From NCBI RefSeq assembly GCF_001194135.2, contig NC_068999.1, forward strand, positions 31,504,798-31,563,922: a DNA stretch of 59,125 nucleotides, in the 5' to 3' direction. The notes under the pieces are model-generated. The model saw only the letters and a program-made list of their open reading frames with translations, did not search any database and was not told the origin of the DNA. This stretch comes from Octopus bimaculoides. Taxonomy: Eukaryota. The translations under genes and the position numbers were made by a program. This document shows positions 48,301 to 59,125 of this stretch, piece after piece. How positions within the stretch are numbered: position 1 is the stretch's first letter; each line of letters opens with the position of its first letter.

Positions 48301-49604
48301 GAAGGCGCTTAGAGCAGAATCGATAGCATTTAGCAATGAGTTAGCAATAGAAAGAAATAGATTAGAGGGAGCACTAGAAGAGGCGATTAGTAAAGACATC
48401 GCGACCGTCGTGCTAGCGGCGAGAATGGCCCTTGATCAATTCTTTGAGGCAAAGTACGAAAGCTACGTTGCCAGAACTAAGGCCCGTGCGCTCAAACATG
48501 AAGGAACTAGAGCTGCACGGTAGGCCCGAACGGAGGAGACACGACGTAGCAACAAGACCAGTATCAGGGACGGGTGCGTGCTACTCGGTTCCGAGGAGAT
48601 GTGTGCGGTTCTGGAAACCGCCACATACTCAGAAATGGGTAGAGGAAGCTGTCCCTGAAAATTTGGGTAGAGGTGGTGAATGCCTACACCGCCTCCGTCA
48701 TCATCTTTCACCTGACTGCCGTGCCATGCCCCAGTTATTGCTTGATCAGGTTGGAGTATCTCTTATTTATTTTCTTGTGGAAGGGATGCGTTCCAATGCC
48801 CATGCGGTCTGTTTTCTTCCAACACCCTCTGTGTGACGGCTTAGGCATGCCGTGACTTCTGATGTGCAGACACGCGCTCATGTTGCGCTGCTTGCAACGA
48901 TCTGTGGACGATGAAAGTATGTGGGCTCCGTTTGTGAGGTACGTATTTCTACAGCTCATCTCTTTGACGGAACTGCAATCATGGATGATTGATAGACCGG
49001 GACTCGGCACTTGGCACCTAGAATGTCATCAAGCGCTCACTTACTGACTTGTGCAGTTATGTCGAACAGCTGATATTGCATGTGGAACAGATCCGCCTAT
49101 CAGCCAAGTCCATAGTGATGACTGCTCTGCCGCCTTCCTTTAATCGAGCAGGTAAGGCAATGTTTCTTTACCAGGTGGACGTGGCGAAAGAGGTTGTCTG
49201 GTGGATGAAGCTGAAAGCTATGAGGGCAGAAAATGAGACTGGAGAGGAAGGGACTGTCCTGAAGTGAATTTATTGATAAGTTGGTGAAAGTTGCGAAGAT
49301 AGCAAGAGTGGCCGGTACTGCTCTGTATGTGTAGACCTGTGAGTCAGAGAAAAGTAACTGGAGAGGGCACTTGCCCTTGGTGTTCAGAGAGATTTTGGAC
49401 GGTGGGGTTCCTCGATTATCCCTAGAGGTTCTTCTGTATGAGGAGGACCACATCACAAGCATCCCTTTTTCTTTCTTTTCCTTTTGTCTTATTGTATACC
49501 GTGTATACTTTTTTTATCATTTCATTATATAAACGCCACCACACTTTATGTCTGCCTTCGTATTGTCCCCCTCATCCTTCACCCCGGTGGTAAATAAAAG
49601 AAAT
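48300..49604 (+). mobile_element. Tx1-clade LINE with two internal deletions (RT core and zinc-binding region)
   Basis: LAIERNRLEGALEEAI...ARALKHEG linker joined to KW-ERKLSLK-G-EVVNAYTASVI; ECHQALT joined to SYVEQL; 3' UTR as in 3168-3350; (CAT)n/(TAT)n tail. Confidence 0.8.
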
Positions 49605-49624
49605 CATCATCATCATCATCATCA

Positions 49625-49695
<71 letters not shown>

Positions 49696-50404
49696 TCTAC
49701 GACTTATTACATGTATTAAAGCTTGGCATATTCAGTGGGTCATTGATTATTGATTGCAATTCTTTCATGGATGTATTGATTTGATGACTGATAATGAGAA
49801 TTGTAATACCGTTAATTTTCTATACAATACACAGCGCCACTATACGGATGAAAAATACTTTTCGTAAAAGTTGATTCAGTGATTGGCACAAAGACTCAAC
49901 CATAGATAACAAAGCATTGGAAAGTAATATTAAAACCATCTATTAAATCTTAGACACACACAGTATTGAAGAAATATTGTAGAAGCCATATTTATTCGAA
50001 GCACAAATCCTGTGCTTTAAAGATAACAAGAGAGTACGCGATAACCAGAAGCTTTAAAACATAAAAAGAAAAAACTTCATTCCTGACTGTCGTCTATTGT
50101 TGAAGCATGAAATAACTTGTAAAGTACCAGGCAGAAGCCAGTGAAAGTAGACAACCAAATGAAGAGTATATAAATGAATTTACAAAGTGTTGATAATGAG
50201 TGTTGAAGTCAAAAATGTCGATAGTTTTGGTAATTGGTATTCGGAATCAACTCTCTTATTATAAAACATTCTATGAATAAATTCAGAAGCTTTGATAATA
50301 TTTAATGAGTTACACTCATATACATACATACATACATACATACACACAAATAGATAGATAAATAAATAGATAGATAGATAGGTAGGTAGATAGGTAGATA
50401 GATG

Positions 50405-50465
<61 letters not shown>

Positions 50466-50721
50466 CATGAAGCTACAACAAACATTAACAATACTAAATG
50501 TTGCAATAACGACAAAGGAAAAAACAGTGATAGCAACAAGAGCAGGAATAGCAATAAAAATACCTGCAACGACAGCAATAACAATCACAACAATGGCAGC
50601 AACAGCATCAGCCATGACAAAAGCAGTCGCGACAGCCATAATGATAAGATATCAAACACACACACACACACGTGTGTGCATTTATATACATGTATGTGTT
50701 TGTGTATGGGCATATGTATAT

Positions 50722-50803
<82 letters not shown>

Positions 50804-51322
50804 CACACACATACATATATGAATACAAGTATGTGTATACGTTTGTAAGTTCATTTATATGTATATGTGTATACATGCATACGCGTGGGTAAGGGGGCAT
50901 ATATACATATAAATCATAGAATATAATAACAATAGTATTAGCAAAACATCAACAATAACAACAACGATTATGATAACAACAACAATAACAACAACAACAA
51001 CAACAACAACAACAATAACAACAGCAACAACAACAACAACAACAACAATAATAATAATAAAAAACAGCACCAAACAATAAGATCAACAGCACTAACAATA
51101 AGAAAAACAGGAATGTAGACATTTTTAGTAACACGACCAATTCTTAAGTACTCTTTGAATTCTCAATCATAGCTTTACTAAAAAACACCCACATACTGAG
51201 ATAGATGCATATATTTAGTTATATGTACATAAATATGCATACATATTCATGAATATATACATACGCACAAACACACACACACACATACATATATATGATG
51301 TAGTTTGTATGCATACACACAC

Positions 51323-51355
<33 letters not shown>

Positions 51356-51700
51356 TGTATGCATGCATGCATGTATGTATGTATGTATGTATGTATGTAT
51401 GTATGTGTATACATATATACATGGATATTCAGACAGAAAACAAACTAAAAATCTACTGAAAAGATACCCAATAAAACATTACGGCAACCAAACTCTACTT
51501 TAGGTAATATTTGCAATAACTATTAACATATACATACACACATTTCTACATAACTACCATACCACACAGATCGAGCATATATATAACCACAAATAGGCTA
51601 TAAAAATCAATCGATATTGCTTTTTGGTTTTGTGCACTAGCTCTACTATAGCTAATAGTTTACAACACAGTCAACGGTGGTCAGAAGCTGCGACGTAGTG

Positions 51701-51733
51701 TGACGTCATGTGACGTCAGGGCTGCCATTTTGT
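51701..51733. promoter_or_regulatory. Tandem CRE sites plus a YY1 motif (promoter-like)
   Basis: TGACGTCA at 51701-51708 and 51711-51718 (10-bp period), then GCTGCCATTTTGT at 51721-51733. Confidence 0.55.
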
Positions 51734-52988
51734 CTCACTCAACAAGTACACTGCACACCGTTAACCAATTGCTTTGTATGGTTGCTGCAAATCTTGTCAT
51801 AGCTTTTTCTTTTGCCAAATATCTTCGTATTAATGTAGGACAGATATATTTAAATATTAATCGCGAACTAAGGAATTCATAACACTATTTGAAGAACGTG
51901 GCTTTTTCTGCATAAGGTGGTAGTATGATGTCTGACTGTCAAAAGTGATTTCTTGTTAGTACAATTATTACATTAAGTCGTACTATATAAAAGTGTAAAA
52001 ATGAAGAGTAAATGTAACATTGATAAATCTTCCATTTCTAAAGATGAGGGTTAATTGTTCGAAAAATTACGATATTCTCACAGTATGTATCATTCTAATT
52101 GGATTTTTGCAGAAGCCATCTGACAAGTATGGCTTATCATTTCTGTGTTCGTGCGTGTATGTGTTAGTGCGCGCGTGTGTGTCAGTGTACTAATGCTTAT
52201 AAATAGTGTAAATAGTGCAAGAAAGTATCAAATAGTATAATAGTTGTATAAAGGCGGAAGGGAGTAGGTACCAGATTGTCGTTTCATCGGTCATGAATTC
52301 AAATTCAACGCAAAGAGTTACTGGATAGGACAGTGTAATTAATAACATACTAATTAATTCAAAGTGTACTACTCAGCATTTTTGGAAATTTGAAATATCA
52401 GGTACAATTTTTTCAGTAACAGGAAATATTCAACTTTAGCCACGTTTTAAAAAATAAATGGAGTTGGTCGGGCACAGTTTTTTATGCCCCATCGAGTAAA
52501 AGAGTGGATTTTATCGGATTAGTTTCTAGTCTACTTAGATCTTCATTAGAAAAACAATATCCATCATCTGTTCACAGCGACAGCTAATTTATGAGGTTTG
52601 TAAATTGGTCTGTCAAATTTGCATAGCATTGCACGTGTTAGCATCATTGATTAACACATAAGGAAGATATAACTCACATTTACCAAATTATCCAAAATGT
52701 TGTGTAGTCTTAATTAGTGGATTAATCCAGTTTATCAGCAGTGTTCACGCTGTTAAAGAAATTAGACTAACTACTTTAACTGATCTCAATCAGCTAAATA
52801 ATGTTCCGGACTTGTTCACCATCATTAAATTGACGACGGCGAACAAACCGAAAGTCCGAAGTCGCTGTTAACCTTTTCCTTGTAAAAATTTATGAATATT
52901 TACTAAAATTCTTGTTCTATATGTAAGCTCCAAGACAAACATAAATACATACATACACACACACACGCAAATAATATTTAACAATTTA

Positions 52989-53075
<87 letters not shown>

Positions 53076-53381
53076 GTCTGTGTGTGTATGTGTGTATCTG
53101 TGACTGATCTGAGAGTGTGTGAGTGCGTAGGTGTGTGAGTGTGTATGTATGTATACGAACATATAAATATATATACAGATGTGTATATACAACAATTTTA
53201 TTTGGGATGTCCTAGGTAATGATTATTAATATTGCTGGGTTTATTATTTTTAATCCGTCTCTACGCTGCCGGTAAAAAGCATTTGTTAATCATGCATGTA
53301 CCTTCTTTTAATAGTACACTGTTACATAGTAGAGGTCTCATTAGTTACAATAGTGACAACACTCTACTTATCTATCACTCT

Positions 53382-53477
<96 letters not shown>

Positions 53478-54739
53478 CACTATCTGTATTGACAACAAAC
53501 TTTTTTTTTCTTGAAACAAATTTTAATTCTATCTTTCACAAACTCTTTCACTCACTGAGTTTCTCTCTGAATAACAACAACAACAACAACAACAACCTGT
53601 CATTATAGTGAAAGCTTTTTTTAAAAGTCTGTGTTGCGTTGTTTCTATGTTGAAACACACACACACACAGCCAAAATAAATAACTATATTGTTATATAAC
53701 GAAAGTCTTTTTTAAATCTGTGTTGCATCGTGTTGACAGACTTGCGCTTAAAATACCCACGTTTTTAATCAAAACTCGTTAGTTACTATGGTGACACTAC
53801 CTATCTATCTATCTATCTATCTATCTTTCACCCACACTCTCTCATCTCAATGTATTTCTTTCTCAACAACAACTTTTCTCCTCTCTTTCTAAATATATAT
53901 TATGACATGGGTTATTTCCCCTGTTGAGTACTCCCCTTCTTCCTCTCATTCACATATATATTATGACGAGCAGACAAAAGGAAATCAGCTTCTCTTTTAT
54001 GATTGATTTTGCTTATCATATCACTGGTGCTGTTTGGTTGAATTAGTTCATGACGACCCAACTTACTAATTGAGAAGGAAATATTTCTGCTATATTTTTG
54101 AAAAAAATGCAAATGTACTGTTATAATGTCCGACGGATTCTCAGCGTTCTTTTTACTATATGATTCATAAAATTGTTTTCTTTCGTAAGCAGGAACATTC
54201 CTGCAAAACAAAGGACAGATATTTTTCTGCCAAACATACAAATAATTCTTCACACTGAATTATGCCCACTCACCCAAAATTCACACACACACAAACAACG
54301 TCAATAAATGAAGATGTGTAGTGTCATGATATTGTATAAGGCGATGCGTGTTCTTTCAGCTGATATGTCGTGACTGGAGTCATTTGATACGATATGAAAA
54401 CAGCCCTTACATTAGACAACGCTACTCTAATAGATATCGCAGAAAATATTGAAAATACATTTCTTTGAAGAATATATTTTTTGCTTTGCTGCAGAGGAAG
54501 TAATAAGCTACAGTTTGCTTTTTTTAAACTTTCATGTTGTGTTTTCTATCATGCTTTTGTTTTCTAGATCATTAAAAGAAGGAGTGGAGAGAGTCAGGGA
54601 TAGACTTGTTTATATATATGTATTAATACATGTGTGCATTGTGTATGTGTAGAAGAGAGGGTTTGTTCGAGTACGAGTTTATGCCTCTACTTGTATTTTC
54701 GAAGAACTCACACAAATCAATAATATTAAATTATTCCAA

Positions 54740-54808
<69 letters not shown>

Positions 54809-55023
54809 CTTCTATCTATAATAGCTAGCTGTCTGTCAGTCTCTCTGTCTCTCATTCTATCTAACTGCCACAATATACAGGCTATGTAGATACACGAATT
54901 TATGCATATATCTTTAGCTCACATCGTAAGAGGATGAAGTCAAGTATTATCCATCTGCGTCTAATTATGATCATACATAAACAAACACCCACGCATATCT
55001 ATCTGACAATATATAGATATATA

Positions 55024-55094
<71 letters not shown>

Positions 55095-55228
55095 GTCATA
55101 CAGTCTCTCTTTCCTTTCCTGAGCGTCCAATAATACTACCCATATCACGTCCTCACTTTGTTGTTTTTGTTTTTTTGTTATTGTTTTTTTAACTATATAT
55201 ACACATACATATGTGCGTGGGGGGCTGT

Positions 55229-55269
<41 letters not shown>

Positions 55270-55404
55270 TATCTATTTATCTATTTCCCTGTGTATCCAA
55301 TTACAATTTTATAAAATATGCATATATAGTTGTATAAATATTCATACGTAAGTGCATGCATACATACATACATACATACATACATACATACATGCATACA
55401 TACA

Positions 55405-55435
<31 letters not shown>

Positions 55436-55444
55436 GTGCAATGA

Positions 55445-56129
55445 CTCATCATTTTATATGCACTTTACCAAGATGGCAGCAAAGTACAGACAACTGCAAG
55501 ACCAAGAAACTATGTTCACTCTGTGGAAAACCTTTGTTCTCAGCCGCCTAGACTACTGTTCTCAGTTATGTTCACCTCATAGTGCCAAACTAACAGCGGA
55601 GCTTGAGGCAGTCCAACTAAAAAGATTGAAACAGTGCAGCGGATGACATATAGTGATAGGCTGAGAAAACTGCAACTTTACTCCCTGCAGCGAAGGCGTG
55701 AGAGATAGGCAATAATCTGTATACGGAAAACTCTAGAGGGACTAGTACCTAACTTCGGCATTAAGTGTTATACAAATGCTCCATCTAAATTCAGGACCAG
55801 GTACTGCAATAGTCTAGGGCTCAAAGGCCCACAGCTTTTCAATGCTTTGCCACAAAATTTAAGAAATCTGCATAAGGTGGAAGTAGATGTCTTCAAAAAG
55901 GAATTAGACATCCTCCTTTCCACAATACCAGATGAACCGACAGCCCGATATGAGGTACAGAGGAAGGCAGCGGAATCAAACTCCCTCGTACACCAAATGG
56001 ACCAACAGCTTGGACGAAGGTACATACAGGAGTTGTGATGTGAAACGCCCCAGAGGAAATCAGAAAGACCACGGTGGTGCTCCGGCATGACACCAGTCGC
56101 ATGGCTGAAACAAGTAAAAGAATAAAAGA

Positions 56130-56130
<1 letters not shown>
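55445..56130 (+). mobile_element. CR1-like LINE 3' fragment ending in an S1-type tail
   Basis: TLWKTFVLSRLDYCSQLCSP; LRKLQLYSLQRRRER; VFKKELDILLSTIPDEPT; tail GGTGGTGCTCCGGCATG...TGAAACAAGTAAAAGAATAAAAG. Confidence 0.85.
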
Positions 56131-56173
<43 letters not shown>

Positions 56174-56499
56174 CTGTGTATGCATGTATGTATGTATGTA
56201 GGTATGTCATTATTCAGTTTATTTCAAGATTTCTTGCCAATAGAGAAAGAACCGGTTTCAAACCTAGATCCGAGGTTCCTTCATTGGAATTTCAACATCA
56301 ACAACAGGATATTTTTGCATGTATGTATGTATGTATGTATGTATGTATGTATGTTTGTATGTATGTATGTATGTACGTATGAATGCACGTATGTATGTAA
56401 ATATGTATGTATGTATATATGTATGGATTTCTATGTTTTATGCATGTATTCTCATGCATATCTAGACATGCTCATATATATTTAAATGGTAAACTTCTG

Positions 56500-57830
56500 G
56501 AAAGTTTTACAGATTTTTACAGTTCCGGTGATGGATTGGATCTGTAGTCTTCGAATTAGCTTTTGTTCTTTCTGGTTTTGAGAAACCTAATTTCTCAAGA
56601 TTGGTATTTAGGCAGTGTGTTATATATCTCAGGGCTCCAATAATTATAGGTATAAGCCTGAACTGAACTTGTAATCTAGATAGTGTAACTGCAGATTTCT
56701 CTAATAGTTCAGCATAGGTGTCGTCTGTTTCACTGATATTCAGCTTTACGTTAACATCCACTGGGCAGCTAATTTCCTCAACTGTGCTCAGTTTCTCTTC
56801 TCTATCTCAAATCATTATATCAGGTCTATTGTGCTTACATTTTATTGAGGTGTTCATTGGTACATTCCACCTGTATTCCTTTTTATTATGAGTGGCTATG
56901 GCCTCTACCATATTGTGAGATCTTATTTCTTTATTCTCGGGATTATCCCTCCGACAGATTTCATTATAAAGTGTCCTAGCTACAACGTCATGTCTCATCG
57001 GTAGATAATACCGTGATGACATTTTCGGACAACTGCTTTTGGATTGCAAACGCATACCCTTCAAAGTAATCCGGCTATTGGTCTATGATAAACTGCTTTG
57101 ATGATCGATGTTACTACCATCACGGAACTTTCTAGTAACATACCATGCATAGTCTTCTGCTCAAACAGGCTCATCCTTTGATCTGATGATACGTTGCGGT
57201 AGAGTCCTGTGACTTCTTTAGGCGTGTATTCTAGGTTATCAGACAAAGAGTGTTGCTCAAGTAGTTACCTTCCAAGTCTTATGATGTTATCAGCCTCATG
57301 TATGCAAACTTGGTCAAAGGATGCACTGCGATACTAGATGGTTAAAAGATGTTGCCGTAGGGATATGATGCGACATTCAAAGGCAATTTGGATCGATGTT
57401 AAGCTTCTTTCGCCTTGTTTTCGTTACTGTTTATGTGGAAATTATGTATGCTTGTTAGTATTTTTCTGGTTATGACATCAATGGCTCGAATCTCATCAAG
57501 CGTCCAATCAAGCAGCCCAAATTTTGGTATGAGTACTGGCACTGCAAACACATTCTGGGCCACTGCAGAAAGTTCTGAGGTCCAAATTTTCTTTATTCGA
57601 CTGTAATATTCTTTAGTGACACGTGTTTTGTTAATCCACCCCTAGACACCTGTAACATTCCTCATCAGATACAGGGGAAACAGTCAAATCATAAATGAAG
57701 ATGTTACTAGTCTGGTTTATAGTTTACCCCCTTTTCACAGCCATATAACATTTATCTTGACCAAACTCCAATCCTACATCCTTTGAGAATGTTGTAACTA
57801 GGTCAAGGCGCTTTTTCATCTCATGCATAT
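56500..57830 (-). mobile_element. R4/Dong-like RLE LINE, late RT to C-terminus
   Basis: LDLVTTFSKDVGLEFGQDKC; RIKKIWTSELS...VFAVPVLIPKFG; YLPMRHDVVARTLYN; KHNRPDIMI; LIPIIIGALRYI. Confidence 0.85.
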
Positions 57831-58803
57831 GCATGTATGTACGTATGTATGTATGTATGTATACATGCATATATTATTAGGTATTAACCATTAACCTGAT
57901 ATGTGTGTATATATGTATATAAGTGTGCACACACATTTATAAAATGTTTATTGCTGTTATCTGCCTTACTACATGTTTTATGATTAAGCAAATTATACTT
58001 ACCAAATTTATTTATATCTTTTTTGCTACTCGTAAAATCTTTGTCATCTGATGAAAGTAGGCTTGAGAAGACTATAGATTTGCAACGGAAGCCTAATAAG
58101 ACTGACAAAAAATAAAAAAGCCAAACAACAATGTTACTGTGCCTTCTAACAAAATTCAGACTTCTCTTTTAAGTCTGGACATTCAGTGAACGGCATAGTA
58201 TTAACATTCGTGCCCTGTATTACCGTGTTTATATTGTAAGGATGTCAATAACTTGTCCACACGTCAAGATGAAACGATACCAGTAATAAGCTTTATAAAG
58301 CTGATTGCATGTCCTCGTCTGTGAAAATGTAGCAAGGAAAATTATGTAAACTGAATATCCAAAACCCTTTCTTCCAACCATTTCATTCCGCTCATGTTAC
58401 TAACATACATTGCAGAGCAGAAACGTCATATCTTCCCAATCACCCCATGTGACGTGTTACATGTTACCAACGTTCAAATTGTGACAATAACCAAACTATT
58501 TTGCAATAGAACTTCCATGAAAATACTTGGAGGCAATAATAGGATAAAAAAATTTGGTACTATTCCAATTAAATTTACCGTTTCTTAAGTATTCATATTT
58601 CACATTTCTCGTAAACATTTTACTAAACAAATTCCTGCTGTTTTCTTTTTACATTAAATCAAATTATATTTCATGAGAGCCGAAAGAGAAATAACTTCGT
58701 TATAAAACGATTTTCGGAAAAATTGCTTCTACATAATATATTGTGCACTTTAATTGCAGCTTATACAATTTTATCTCTCTCACTTACTACACGCGTGCTC
58801 ATG

Positions 58804-58835
<32 letters not shown>

Positions 58836-59088
58836 TGTATGTATGTACATACATATGCGTGTGTGTGTGCGTGCGCGTGTGTGTATGTACGTATGTATGT
58901 ATATCATTGTGCATGTCTGCCTACCTTTATGGCAATGTGTAAGTACATAAATATGTTTGTGTGTGCCTATATTTTATCTTTACTTGCAAATTTAGATTTA
59001 TATATTCATTTATATATATGCATGCACATCACCCTCCCCCTCTCTCTCTATTTCCAGCTCTCTCTCTCTCTCTCTCTCTCTCAATCCC

Positions 59089-59120
<32 letters not shown>

Positions 59121-59125
59121 TGTAT

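Noticed and set aside
53344-53795. Two X-box-like sequences (53344-53357, 53782-53795)
   Set aside because: They lie in locally duplicated, microsatellite-associated sequence with no other promoter motifs.
1187-58950. Most ORF-track entries (poly-N, -Y, -L, -R, -V, HT/CV/YI/MYVC repeats, poly-X)
   Set aside because: They are translations of microsatellites or N gaps, not genes.

Overview
AT-rich, gap-containing metazoan DNA dominated by microsatellites and decayed transposable elements. The SINE repertoire and repeat density suggest an octopus genome (inference, not checked by search). No host protein-coding gene can be identified, and most ORF-track entries are artefacts of microsatellites or N runs. 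Recognisable content: (i) about ten fragments of RLE-type R4/Dong-like LINEs, many bounded by (AAT)n-type repeats; (ii) two Tx1-clade, two RTE-clade and two CR1-like LINE fragments; (iii) three tRNA-SINE families, labelled S1-S3 here; (iv) Helitron/Helentron-like and hAT remnants; (v) two compact promoter-like motif clusters (CRE/YY1, one also with X-box and ETS). The most interesting signals are RNA-structural. Several short non-coding, Penelope-like inverted-repeat elements carry minimal type I hammerhead ribozyme motifs; the best, at 28463-28505 (-), has an intact catalytic core. A degenerate HDV-like ribozyme fold lies in a probable RTE 5' UTR at 42859-42916 (-). Two SINE 3' tails match LINE 3' ends in the same window, one of them a Tx1-clade LINE. 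Boundaries of decayed elements are approximate, and all alignments and folds were done by eye.
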